A stretch of DNA of 64,000 bases from Minisyncoccota bacterium (GCA_036405175.1 DASWYC010000002.1:603373-667372); one strand, 5' to 3'; counted from the stretch's first letter, positions 1 through 9,758 are shown. Notes: generated from the sequence alone by a model not told the origin. Translations and numbers: made by a program.

Positions 1-1510
1 AGTTGAGAGTCAAATTATTGAACGCCGCGAGAAAGGCTTAGTGCGCGATCCGATGCTTGATGTTGCGTATCAAGATCTTGAGCGTTTGCGTGATGAGCTT
101 CAGCAGTCAACAGAGCGCATGTTTAGTGTTGGGCTCTATATAACGCTCTATGCAGATACAGAAGCTGAACTGCAAAAAGCTGAAGATGAAATTAAATCAA
201 TGTTTGAAGAAAAGCTTATTTATATTAAGCCGGCAATTTTCCAACATGAATTTGGATTTAAGACCACTATTCCGCTTGGAATGGATACATTAAACGTGAC
301 CACCAATCTTAATACGGGTCCACTTTCCTCATTGTTTCCATTTATTTCAAGTGATTTGACTCAAAATAAAGGCATTTTGTATGGAATTAACCGTCACAAT
401 AACTCAATGATTTTGTTTGATCGCTTTACACAGCCAAACTATAATTCAGTAATTTTTGCAACGGCAGGAGCCGGAAAATCATTTGCTACCAAGCTTGAAG
501 TATTGCGTTCGCTTATTTTTGATACTGAGGTAATGATTATTGACCCAGAGCGTGAATATGAATTTCTTGCGAATGCAGTTGGTGGACGCTATATAAACAT
601 TTCTCTCTCTTCAGAGCACCACTTGAATCCATTTGATTTGCCAAAACCTCAGGAAGATGAAAATCCATCGGATGTGTTTCGTTCACATGTTATTAGTTTG
701 GTGGGACTATTTCGTATTTTACTTGGTGGATTAACGCCAGAAGAAGATTCTTTGGTTGATCGTGCACTTACCGAGACCTATGCGCTTCGTGATATTACCC
801 CAACAACTGACTTTATTAACAAAACACCACCACTTATTTCTGACTTTGAAATGGTGCTCGATAGTATGGAGGGAACCGAGTCGTTGTTGCGTCGTTTGAA
901 TAAATATACGCAGGGAACATGGTCAGGATTTTTAAATCAACCAACCAATGTGGCGCTTGATAATAAATTGGTAGTGTTTTCAATTCGTGATATGGAAGAA
1001 GAACTTAAACCAGCGGCAATGTATATTATTACGCATTTTATCTGGAATGCAGTTCGTCGCGAAATTAAAAAGCGCCTTTTGGTGGTAGACGAGGCATGGT
1101 GGATGATGAAGTCCGAAGATACAGCGTCATTCTTGTTTGGTATTGCAAAGCGTTGCCGTAAATATTATTTGGGACTTGCAACGATTACGCAAGACGTTGA
1201 AGATTTTCTTAAGTCTCCGTACGGAAAACCAATTATTTCCAACTCATCGATTCAGTTGTTGATGAAACAAGCACCAGCATCTATTGAATTGCTTCAACAA
1301 ACATTTAATCTTACGGATGAAGAGAAATTCTTGTTACTTGAATGTGGAAAAGGAGAGGGAATTTTCTTTGCAGGTAATCAGCATGCGGCAATTTCTGTTG
1401 TTGCATCGTATACTGAGGAGCAAATTGTTACTTCAGATCCATCACAGATTTTACGTATTAAAAACGAGCAACTACGCGCACGTTCATTGGAGCAAGAGAG
1501 GGTTTTTTAG
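1..1510 (+). CDS. virB4: VirB4/TraE-like ATPase, 5'-truncated by the window edge
   Basis: Frame is open from base 2. Walker A ATAGAGKS, IIDPEREY, NPFD, Walker B LLVVDEAW and TITQDVEDFL are typical VirB4/ConE motifs. Confidence 0.9.
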   Translation, partial: VESQIIERREKGLVRDPMLDVAYQDLERLRDELQQSTERMFSVGLYITLYADTEAELQKAEDEIKSMFEEKLIYIKPAIFQHEFGFKTTIPLGMDTLNVTTNLNTGPLSSLFPFISSDLTQNKGILYGINRHNNSMILFDRFTQPNYNSVIFATAGAGKSFATKLEVLRSLIFDTEVMIIDPEREYEFLANAVGGRYINISLSSEHHLNPFDLPKPQEDENPSDVFRSHVISLVGLFRILLGGLTPEEDSLVDRALTETYALRDITPTTDFINKTPPLISDFEMVLDSMEGTESLLRRLNKYTQGTWSGFLNQPTNVALDNKLVVFSIRDMEEELKPAAMYIITHFIWNAVRREIKKRLLVVDEAWWMMKSEDTASFLFGIAKRCRKYYLGLATITQDVEDFLKSPYGKPIISNSSIQLLMKQAPASIELLQQTFNLTDEEKFLLLECGKGEGIFFAGNQHAAISVVASYTEEQIVTSDPSQILRIKNEQLRARSLEQERVF

Positions 1511-1511
1511 A

Positions 1512-1619
1512 TTGATTTATAAAAGACAGCGGGCTCTATCGGCCCTACGCTCGCGGTCTGATATATTCGCACGTACGTGCTCATTATCAGCCACTGCGCG
1601 ACTGTCTTTTATAAATCAA
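1512..1619 (+). repeat. Structured dispersed element, copy 1
   Basis: 18-bp perfect inverted arms TTGATTTATAAAAGACAG (1512-1529 / 1602-1619) enclose the core CAGCG..TACGCTC..GCAC-gtac-GTGC..TGCGCGACTG, shared with copies at 9595 and 56229. Confidence 0.85.
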
Positions 1620-1701
1620 ACTGAAGTTTCTTTAATTAAAACTTCACACTCTTAGAAAAAAAATCAGGTTTACAAAGATTACATACTATATAATAAAAAG
1701 A

Positions 1702-2127
1702 ATGAAACATGAAGTGCCACAATTTATTGATGTGAAAGATAAAGTAATCGGACCATTTACGTTTGATCAATTTCTGTATTTGTTAGGAGGTGGAGCACTC
1801 GCATATTTGAGTTTTCGTTTTATTATGCAGCCATTTGGATTTTTAGTTGCTGCTGCATTGGTTGGTCTTGCCGCAATGTTGGCGTTTTATAAAGTAAATA
1901 ATCGTCCATTTATTGATTTTCTTGCATCACTCGTCTCATATTACACGCGCGATCGATCATACTCATGGAAAAAACAAGAACAAAAAGCTGATCAAAAGAA
2001 AGTTGAAGTATCCACACCAGTATCTTTAGAACCTCAAACACGGTATGATATTACTACAGTAGCTCAAGGACTCGACGTTCTTGATCGAAGTCACGAATAT
2101 GAGCATCGCAACACAACAGTTTATTGA
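1702..2127 (+). CDS. prgI: PrgI family membrane protein (VirB3-like)
   Basis: VPQFIDVKDKVIGPFTFDQFLYL N-terminus, two TM helices, KVNNRPF motif; adjacent to virB4. Confidence 0.85.
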   Translation: MKHEVPQFIDVKDKVIGPFTFDQFLYLLGGGALAYLSFRFIMQPFGFLVAAALVGLAAMLAFYKVNNRPFIDFLASLVSYYTRDRSYSWKKQEQKADQKKVEVSTPVSLEPQTRYDITTVAQGLDVLDRSHEYEHRNTTVY

Positions 2128-2731
2128 TATCAAAGAAATTCGCGATGGAGTAGTTATCTTACGCGATGGTTCTATGAAGTCAGTAATCATGACGAGCTCA
2201 ACCAACTTGGCGCTTAAATCTGCTGATGAGCAGCGTGCAACATTAATGAACTTTCAATCATTCCTTAATTCGCTTGAATATTCAACAGAAATTTTGGTGC
2301 AATCACGCAAGCTTGATATTTCTCCATATCTTGAAACGCTACAAGAACAAACTCGTAAAATTACCAATGATCTTTTGCGCATCCAATCACGAGAATACAT
2401 CGATTTTATTCAACTTTTAGGTGAGCGCATGAACCTAGTTACTAAATATTTTTACGTAACAATCTCATATTTTCCTTCATTTTTAACGCAAAATAAGAAG
2501 GGGGTGATTAATAATATTACAAGTGCGCTTACGGGGCCGGGGGATCAGCAGATGTCATACGAGGCATTTCAGGTAGAAAAAGCGCAATTAGACCAAAGAA
2601 CAGCCGTAATCGTGGGTGGTTTGGAGCGTATGGGACTTACTTCAAAGGCCTTAAATACCGAAGAACTCATTGTTTTATATCAAAATGTCTATAATCCTGG
2701 ACAGACCCAAAAAGCAATTTCTCAAAAATAG
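2099..2731 (+). CDS. TraE/VirB4 N-terminal-like conjugation-cluster protein
   Basis: TQQFIDIKEIRDGVVIL...NLALKSADEQ...FQSFLNSL...QSRKLDISPYL, the protein that typically follows prgI in CPR. Start moved to ATG 2099, overlapping prgI. Confidence 0.75.
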   Translation: MSIATQQFIDIKEIRDGVVILRDGSMKSVIMTSSTNLALKSADEQRATLMNFQSFLNSLEYSTEILVQSRKLDISPYLETLQEQTRKITNDLLRIQSREYIDFIQLLGERMNLVTKYFYVTISYFPSFLTQNKKGVINNITSALTGPGDQQMSYEAFQVEKAQLDQRTAVIVGGLERMGLTSKALNTEELIVLYQNVYNPGQTQKAISQK

Positions 2732-2767
2732 CCTTTAAAATAAGGCTACTTTTAGTACTCTTGACAC

Positions 2768-2796
2768 TTGACTTTAATATTGGATTATGATATAAT
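2768..2796 (+). promoter_or_regulatory. sigma70 promoter
   Basis: TTGACT-17 nt-TATAAT with extended TG. Confidence 0.75.
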
Positions 2797-2877
2797 ATAT
2801 ACAAATTTTTTACAAACAGTGTTCTTGATCCACACAACGGACAATAAGAACTCAAAAAACCTTAAATATATCAAATC

Positions 2878-4515
2878 ATGTTAAGAAAATTCTTTTTGTT
2901 GCTTCTCCCTCTAATGGGGTTGATGGAGCTAATCGCTGTTAAAAGTCTTTTTGCGCAAGCCCCGCTCGGTATAACAAAAAAAGACGGAAAAGATAGATAT
3001 TTGTATGTTGATAGCCCAAAATTCGACAAAGTTGTCGAAGTTGACGGGTTCTACAGCCAAAATGAAATTACCCCCGGAACTTCGCCACAAGACGTAGTTA
3101 AGGGAAATAGCGCTTTGGCTATAGGTAGCGTCCAAGGTCTCATGTGGACATTTCCTGATGGCAAAAAGTTTCCGGTAAACCAAATCCCGTTTAAAAACGA
3201 GATTTCGGCAGGAAGTAGGCCGATGACTCGCACAGTTCTTTTGTTAGATAAGGCCAAAGTTATTTATGTGAAGGAGACAGGTCAACCGCTCTATATAGCT
3301 GACTGCAATCGTTGCACTGCAAATTGTGATGATGAAGCTAAGGCAGTATGGAAAAACAGACCAAACCGTCTTCGCATGGTAGACAATGAAGCCTATTGGC
3401 GAGAGTTTATTGGTTTGGTGACCAGTCAAACACAAGGAGGTCCGTCTGGTGTTGTTACTGATGAAGGTCAGGGTAAGGTTGTTGTTATTCAAAATAATAC
3501 AACACCCCCGCCTACCAATAATCCTACAACCCAACAAACAGGACTGATTACTCAAGCGTCTGGCATGGGTTTGGTTGACTACTTTGCAGCTCTTGAATTG
3601 GCGCGCATTGAGGATGTTAAAAGACTCATGCATGAAAATATCGTCATTGATATGAATGGAAAGAATGCTGGACTTGCAGCACAATATCGTGCACAGGTAC
3701 GTGTCTTTGATGGGGTTGGACAGGCACCACAACAAGGTTCCATGATTACAACTTCTGTTTATGCTCAGCAACAAGGTCAGGGAAGAATGTATAGTGCTGA
3801 AGAAGTACAAAATATTCTTGCTCAACAAAACCAGCAGGCACAGAGAGACGATTATTGGAGGCAGCTTGAGTTTCAAGAAAATAAGAAGGCTCGCAACTGG
3901 GCTATCGGGACATCGATAGTTGGAACTCTTGGGCAACTTTTTATAGGAGGGATGGGTCTTTATCAGACAAATCAATTCTATAAAGCCATGGCTGGAGGAG
4001 TCGGATACAGTGGCTCTTCATCTGGTTATGGGCAAACACCTGCTATCAATATTTACAATAACAATAGTAATAAAAATAGCAACAATAACCCATTTAACTG
4101 GACACCTGCGCCTCCTTCGCAACCAAATACAGGAGGTAAGCCAAACAATCCTACAAGACCTCCATGGGTGAATCAGCATGAAAATTGGATGCCAAATGTA
4201 GGTGGACCTCTTTGGCAAGGAGATCCCTCATACAGACGTCCATGGACAAAATCCTCAGATGGACTTTGGGTTACTCCGGCCAATAACGGTCGAATCGGAT
4301 ACAACGATTTAGGTGAACCAGTAAAAGTAAATTATACGGATCCCGCTGCATATACGTGGCAAAACCCATATAATTCAACAGGTGTTACTCCAATTGGAAG
4401 TAATACCCAGGTTAAATGGGGTCAACCTGATAGCAACGGAAGCTTTTTTATTCCGCCAGTTACTACAACTGGAAATGGTAACTATATTCCACCCAAATCC
4501 AATTGGGGGAATTAA
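2878..4515 (+). CDS. Secreted hypothetical protein with Q/N/P/G-rich C-terminus
   Basis: 545 aa ORF, signal peptide ending LFA|Q, CxxCxxxC motif, Gly-rich hydrophobic segment; has its own promoter and terminator. Confidence 0.75.
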   Translation: MLRKFFLLLLPLMGLMELIAVKSLFAQAPLGITKKDGKDRYLYVDSPKFDKVVEVDGFYSQNEITPGTSPQDVVKGNSALAIGSVQGLMWTFPDGKKFPVNQIPFKNEISAGSRPMTRTVLLLDKAKVIYVKETGQPLYIADCNRCTANCDDEAKAVWKNRPNRLRMVDNEAYWREFIGLVTSQTQGGPSGVVTDEGQGKVVVIQNNTTPPPTNNPTTQQTGLITQASGMGLVDYFAALELARIEDVKRLMHENIVIDMNGKNAGLAAQYRAQVRVFDGVGQAPQQGSMITTSVYAQQQGQGRMYSAEEVQNILAQQNQQAQRDDYWRQLEFQENKKARNWAIGTSIVGTLGQLFIGGMGLYQTNQFYKAMAGGVGYSGSSSGYGQTPAINIYNNNSNKNSNNNPFNWTPAPPSQPNTGGKPNNPTRPPWVNQHENWMPNVGGPLWQGDPSYRRPWTKSSDGLWVTPANNGRIGYNDLGEPVKVNYTDPAAYTWQNPYNSTGVTPIGSNTQVKWGQPDSNGSFFIPPVTTTGNGNYIPPKSNWGN

Positions 4516-4545
4516 AAATTAAATTTAGTGTTTTACCATAAAAGG

Positions 4546-4576
4546 GCCATCTCATAGGAGATGGCTTATTTTTTTG
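4546..4576 (+). terminator. Intrinsic terminator
   Basis: GCCATCTC-atag-GAGATGGC followed by a T-tract. Confidence 0.75.
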
Positions 4577-4737
4577 TCTAAAAGTAGGGGGTACGCAGCC
4601 TTAGATATAAATATATGTAGCTGAGGCATGTTAAAATCTAACAAGAGACCAGTCGCTTTCCAAAAGTTGAGCGGAAACACCTCAGAAATGGCCAGTAAAA
4701 TAAGTCAAAACTAAACATGAAAACATAATTAAATCAT

Positions 4738-4766
4738 TTGACAAAATTGTCAATATATGATATATT
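4738..4766 (+). promoter_or_regulatory. sigma70 promoter with palindrome over the -35
   Basis: TTGACA-17-TATATT; TTGACA-aaat-TGTCAA palindrome at 4738-4753. Confidence 0.65.
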
Positions 4767-4827
4767 TCACCTAGTCATGAAAGTGACTGCTAAATCACAC
4801 AGTTTTATCAACTATAATGAATAATGT

Positions 4828-7800
4828 ATGAAAAAATTTATCTTAGGTTTGGTGTTCGTGGGAATTACCTTTTTGGGAGCCCAACATGCCAACGCACAAG
4901 TTTTTAATACCTATCCTGGAGATTGTCCAACAATCGGAGTAACTACGCTTGCTAATGCAAGTAATGGTTGTCGAGACTCTTCTATTGATGGTGTAAATCC
5001 TGGAGATATCCTTATTGTAGGGGTATATTTTCACAATACTTCACCAATCGATACAAGCGCAATCGTAAGAATGTCAGACCTCCAAGGAGGATCTGGTAAG
5101 TCTGTTCCTATATACGGAACCATTCAGCCAGCAGATGGTGCAGGGGCTGGTGGGCAAGGAATGGTGCATTTTAGTCAGACATCACGTCTTGAATATATGT
5201 ACACTAAAGTGTACTGGAATGGTCGTGATTTTGGTGGCGGTGGTGTTGAAACCGACCGTACCGGACGCGTATTTACCAGTGGAGAACCTCTCTATCTTGT
5301 TCCTGGAATGTGTTCAAATTGTGCCGATAAATTCATCGATCAGGGTGTTGTAAAAGCATATTATCGTGTTATTGGTCTTGATGCTGCCCCAATTGAGGAG
5401 GCTCCACAGTGGAATACTAACGGATATCCGCGTGTTGTATGTGCTGGAAACAACAATGGAACCGTTACGGTAAAAGCTTTTGGAAATGGAAAGCAAGTTC
5501 AATTTAAGAACTACTTTAATGATAATTGGGTAAATGAATCAGGAAATAACGAATATACTTGGTATAACGTTCCAAACGGAACATATAACACCGCAGTTCG
5601 CTTTGCGGGTTCAGGTAATTCACGTGGAGGTTCATTCCAAGTAAATTGTAATGTTAATAATCCAAACCCTGATCCAGATCCAGGAAATCCACCAAGCGGA
5701 AATTTTGAAAACTTTAAGGTAAAAAATAATACAACCTCTGATGGAATTGTGATTCGTTACACCAGCCCAAGCGGAGATAAGACTTTTGGTCTTAGTGGAA
5801 GTTCTGCTGGCGATGGAAGTCATATTAGTCCATGTATTACTGGTATCAAATCATCAGTAGTAAAAATCAGTGGAGTATCTTGGGCTTCATTTAGTATTAT
5901 TTCGTGTGATGGCGGTCCTTCAAATCCTAATCCAGATCCAGAGCCTCAACAAGGAACTCCTGAGTGGAATACCAATGGGTATCCTCGTGTAATTTGTAAT
6001 AACAATGGAACTGCAAACGTTACTATCAAAGCATATGGAAACGGAAAGCAGGTTCAGTTTAAGCATTACAGCAACGGTTCTTGGGTAACCGAGACAGGAA
6101 ATAATGAATATACATTCTATAATGTTCCTTCTAAATCGGGAGTATATACCACAGGAGTTCGTTTTGTTGGTTCAACTAATGAACGTCAAGGATTCTTTGC
6201 AGTAAGCTGTAACGATCAAGGGCCTACTAATCCCGAGCAAGCTCCTGACTGGAATGTAAATGGATATCCACGTGTGGTATGTAATACTAACGGAACTGCA
6301 ACAGTAACCGTTAAGGCATATGGAAATGGAAAACAAGTACAATTCCGTAACTACAACAACAATAACTGGGTAACTGAAACCGGAAACAACGAATATACCT
6401 GGTATAACGTTCCTTCTCGATCACAGGCATACGCAACTGCTGTTCGCTTTGTTGGTCAAACTGCTGAGCGCGCGGGATACTTTGCCGTAAATTGTAATGA
6501 TGAAGGTCCAACCAATCCAACTAACCAGTGTGCTATTTCTGATGCAAACTGGGATACTGCCGGTTATCCTCGCGTAGAATTCCTTTCTGCTACTTCAAAT
6601 GATGTAAGTGTAATTGTAAAAGCAAAGAATACTGGCGGAAAAACCGTTGAATTCTTTAACGCAGCAACACAGCGCTATGAAGTTGCTAACATGAGTGATA
6701 ATCGTATTATCTGGTCAAATATTATTGCTACCTGGCCAATCGCTGGGCAAAATGGAAACAAGAAATTGTACAGCACCTGGTTGCGATTCCAAGGATGTAC
6801 TGAGCGTGTACAAGGATGGTTTGAGGTAACTCCTCGCGAAGTTAGTGATAACACCACTAAACCAAGCGTAGAGACCCGTAGCCCAGAAGATGTATCACGT
6901 AACTCAGCAACTATTGTTGGAAACTTGCTTTCAAAGGGAGGTCTTTCAACTCAAACATACTTGTATTGGGGACGTCGTCAGGGAAGCACCTGTACCGCAT
7001 CGGATCTTATTTATAAGACTCCAGAAACCACCAACGCTAATACTGGAACCTTTAGTCGCTACATCTCAGGACTCTCAGCTGATACCTGGTATTGTTACCA
7101 AGCCGCAGCATCAAATAATAAGGGAGAAGTGAAGGGTGACATTCGTTCATTCAAAACAACTACTGATTACACACCAAGTGATGTAATTCGTATTGAAACT
7201 ACGTCAGCAACTAACATCTCTTCAGAATACGCAACACTTCGTGGAGAAGTAGTTGATACTGGAGATGCTAATACTGTTCGTACATGGTTTGAATTTGGAA
7301 ACAGCTCTAGTACCGTATCAAACGGAAATGGAACTCGCTACTCTGTATCAGGGGACTTCTATCGTGGAAATTCAATTTCACGTAGCGTAAGTGGACTTCA
7401 GCGAGGAACTCGCTACTACTTCCGTGCGTGTGGAGAAAACACTGTAGGTCAACAAGACTGTGGAGATGTTCTCAGCTTTGTTACTGAAGGAAATAACTCA
7501 ACTATTCAAGTTGATACCGAACAAGAATCAGATGTAAGCTATACTGCTGCTCGTATGCATGGACGTGTACGCGAAACTGGACGAAGCACTCGTCTTCGTA
7601 CTTGGTTTGAGTACAGCACCTCAGAAAACAATGTATACAACGGAAATGGATCACGTATCTATCTTGATAACAACTATGGATACTCACAAGGTCAGTCATT
7701 CTCACAAATGGTAACCGGTTTGCAAAGTAATACTCGTTACTTCTACCGCGCTTGTGGAGATAATACCGAAGGGGAGCGTGACTGTGGTGATGTTGAATCA

Positions 7801-8934
7801 TTTGTAACGCTTTCAAATAACTACAATCCAGTTCAACCAGAACGCCTTGGAACATTGGTTACTACACTTGCTGCAAGTTCAGTACGTCAGTACAATGCTC
7901 GCTTGAATGGATCATTCAATGCTCGTGATTGTTCTTCTGAATTGTGGTTTGAATACGGACGCACCAGCTCTCTTGGAGAAGTGGTAAATATTGGAACTCG
8001 TTCAGCATATGATCGTGGAGTGGTTTCTGCTGATATCTCAGGATTGAAGCCAAACACCACCTACTACTTCCGCATTGTTGGAAGTGGCTGTGGATCAATT
8101 GTTCGTGGAGCTACCAAGACCTTTAAGACTCCAAAAACTACCACAACCGTAGTAAATCCTCCTGTCAAACAAAAACCAGTAGTAAAAGTTATTCAAGTTA
8201 AGGAAGACGTAAATGTTGCTGCAGAAAGCATCTGTTCTCCTGATCTTGATCTTAAGATTGATAACAATCGTGATACTATTGGAAACCGTGAAGAATTTGA
8301 TTACGTAATTACCTATCAAAATCTTACGCAAACATACGTGCTCCGCGATATTGAAATGCAGGTAGAAATTCCTCCACAGCTTGAATTTGTAAGCTCATCA
8401 CGAGGAACCTACAACAAGGCATCTCACTCTCTCTTTATTTCACGCATGGATCTTAATCCATCACAGCGTGAGACATTCACCGTAACGGTGCGTGCTAAGA
8501 AGGGATTGGTAGAAGGTGATCTTATTGTTGCATCAGCAACTGCATCATTCATCAGTCCAACTACCGGAATCAACGATAGTTCAACCGACTTTGATTCTGA
8601 TGAATACTTGAATTCTCGTAATTCTAATGGATCATCAGACAATAGTAGTGATCGTTCACTATTTGGAAGTTCAGATAATGGTGGAAATGGATTCCTTCCA
8701 TCAAGTCTTGTTGGATGGTTGTCACTTATCTTCTTGGTATTCCTCTTCATTGCAGCACTTCGCTGGCTCTGGTTTGGAAAGAAGGGAAATGAATACAACT
8801 ATGCCTACGGACCATACGGAGTTCCTCCAACCAACAATGTGTATGGCGCACCGGTACAACCTGTAGCACCCGTTGCTCCGGTTCAACCAGTTCAGCCAAT
8901 CTACGTTCCATTTAATCCAAATCAACCAAGATAA
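4828..8934 (+). CDS. Large cell-surface protein: 4 GYPRV repeats, 4 FN3-like domains, DUF11-like domain, C-terminal TM
   Basis: Signal peptide ANA|Q; WNTNGYPRV repeats; FN3-like units (T..ATL.G...WFE.G...GL..T.YY.RAC); DUF11-like (DLKIDN..EEFDYVITYQN..IPPQLEFVSSS); C-terminal hydrophobic helix. Confidence 0.85.
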   Translation: MKKFILGLVFVGITFLGAQHANAQVFNTYPGDCPTIGVTTLANASNGCRDSSIDGVNPGDILIVGVYFHNTSPIDTSAIVRMSDLQGGSGKSVPIYGTIQPADGAGAGGQGMVHFSQTSRLEYMYTKVYWNGRDFGGGGVETDRTGRVFTSGEPLYLVPGMCSNCADKFIDQGVVKAYYRVIGLDAAPIEEAPQWNTNGYPRVVCAGNNNGTVTVKAFGNGKQVQFKNYFNDNWVNESGNNEYTWYNVPNGTYNTAVRFAGSGNSRGGSFQVNCNVNNPNPDPDPGNPPSGNFENFKVKNNTTSDGIVIRYTSPSGDKTFGLSGSSAGDGSHISPCITGIKSSVVKISGVSWASFSIISCDGGPSNPNPDPEPQQGTPEWNTNGYPRVICNNNGTANVTIKAYGNGKQVQFKHYSNGSWVTETGNNEYTFYNVPSKSGVYTTGVRFVGSTNERQGFFAVSCNDQGPTNPEQAPDWNVNGYPRVVCNTNGTATVTVKAYGNGKQVQFRNYNNNNWVTETGNNEYTWYNVPSRSQAYATAVRFVGQTAERAGYFAVNCNDEGPTNPTNQCAISDANWDTAGYPRVEFLSATSNDVSVIVKAKNTGGKTVEFFNAATQRYEVANMSDNRIIWSNIIATWPIAGQNGNKKLYSTWLRFQGCTERVQGWFEVTPREVSDNTTKPSVETRSPEDVSRNSATIVGNLLSKGGLSTQTYLYWGRRQGSTCTASDLIYKTPETTNANTGTFSRYISGLSADTWYCYQAAASNNKGEVKGDIRSFKTTTDYTPSDVIRIETTSATNISSEYATLRGEVVDTGDANTVRTWFEFGNSSSTVSNGNGTRYSVSGDFYRGNSISRSVSGLQRGTRYYFRACGENTVGQQDCGDVLSFVTEGNNSTIQVDTEQESDVSYTAARMHGRVRETGRSTRLRTWFEYSTSENNVYNGNGSRIYLDNNYGYSQGQSFSQMVTGLQSNTRYFYRACGDNTEGERDCGDVESFVTLSNNYNPVQPERLGTLVTTLAASSVRQYNARLNGSFNARDCSSELWFEYGRTSSLGEVVNIGTRSAYDRGVVSADISGLKPNTTYYFRIVGSGCGSIVRGATKTFKTPKTTTTVVNPPVKQKPVVKVIQVKEDVNVAAESICSPDLDLKIDNNRDTIGNREEFDYVITYQNLTQTYVLRDIEMQVEIPPQLEFVSSSRGTYNKASHSLFISRMDLNPSQRETFTVTVRAKKGLVEGDLIVASATASFISPTTGINDSSTDFDSDEYLNSRNSNGSSDNSSDRSLFGSSDNGGNGFLPSSLVGWLSLIFLVFLFIAALRWLWFGKKGNEYNYAYGPYGVPPTNNVYGAPVQPVAPVAPVQPVQPIYVPFNPNQPR

Positions 8935-8954
8935 TTAAATAGAACTAAATAAGA

Positions 8955-8989
8955 GAAAAGAGGCGCGACCTTCGGTCGCGCCTCTTTTC
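8955..8989 (+). terminator. Intrinsic terminator
   Basis: 16-bp perfect stem GAAAAGAGGCGCGACC / GGTCGCGCCTCTTTTC. Confidence 0.85.
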
Positions 8990-9153
8990 ATGTCCATTCA
9001 AAACCATGTTGCAAAATTAAAAAGTACCTGGCACAATATGAATGACCTCGATAAGTGAAGAAAAGGTTATACATTAAAAAACGACAACAAGGCTGATGCG
9101 CGTATTGCATCGGTCTTTTTGTTTATCTTAACAAAGTTTGGTATTCTAAAAAC

Positions 9154-9597
9154 ATGTTAACGATTACTACTAACAATTCTGGTGAAGCAGCGAAGTATTT
9201 TTTTGACACTATTCAGCATCAAGTTGAAACTGATGGGAAAGTAATTATTGCTTTAAAGGGTGATTTGGGGGCAGGAAAAACCACATTGGTGCAGGAGTTT
9301 TGCAAAATGTGTGGCGTACAAGATGTAGTAACGAGTCCAACCTTTCCCATCATGAATGTGTATGAAGGAGAAATTAATGAACAGAAAACAGTGATTCATC
9401 ACTTTGACTGGTATCGCTTGGATTCTATGGCTGATCTAGGAGTGATTAATTTGCCGATGATTTTATCTCAATTAGGAATATTTTTTATCGAATGGCCAGA
9501 AAAACTACCGGAAGTATTAGGCGATTACGAACACTATGTACTTTCAATAGATATTGAAGGAGAGAGTAGAATTTATAATCTTGAGAAACACAATTAA
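9154..9597 (+). CDS. tsaE: tRNA threonylcarbamoyladenosine biosynthesis ATPase TsaE
   Basis: LKGDLGAGKTT, VTSPTF, HFDWYRL, IEWPE motifs. Confidence 0.95.
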   Translation: MLTITTNNSGEAAKYFFDTIQHQVETDGKVIIALKGDLGAGKTTLVQEFCKMCGVQDVVTSPTFPIMNVYEGEINEQKTVIHHFDWYRLDSMADLGVINLPMILSQLGIFFIEWPEKLPEVLGDYEHYVLSIDIEGESRIYNLEKHN

Positions 9598-9727
9598 AAC
9601 AAATTTAAATTCCTCCAAAGCAGCGCCTCAAGGGCTAGCGCTCGACGATTATTATAGTCGGGTCCAAAGCCCACCCTCCTTAATAATCGTCTGCGCGACT
9701 GCTTTTTTGGAATTTAAATTTGTTTTA
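9595..9727 (+). repeat. Structured dispersed element, copy 2
   Basis: 19-bp perfect arms TAAAACAAATTTAAATTCC (9595-9613 / 9709-9727); inner stem GACGATTATTA/TAATAATCGTC; core CAGCG..GCGCTC..TGCGCGACTG. Confidence 0.9.
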
Positions 9728-9758
9728 GAGATTCCCTATTTTCATATATACTAAACCC

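Noticed and set aside
3244-3975. Long antisense ORFs (3244..3975, 19017..19511, 52348..52857 and similar)
   Set aside because: They are shadows of well-supported genes on the opposite strand, with no motifs or expression signals.
9595-9727. Structured element as an integron attC site or a known small ribozyme
   Set aside because: There are no consistent RYYYAAC/GTTRRRY ends, no cassette array or integrase, and no hammerhead CUGANGA/GAAA core.
9554-9754. ORFs 9554..9754, 56128..56361 and 1284..1655; the first two share the peptide LDDYYS..SLIxVCAT
   Set aside because: The similarity is a by-product of the DNA repeat. The ORFs have poor starts, overlap real genes, and copy 1 does not keep the peptide.
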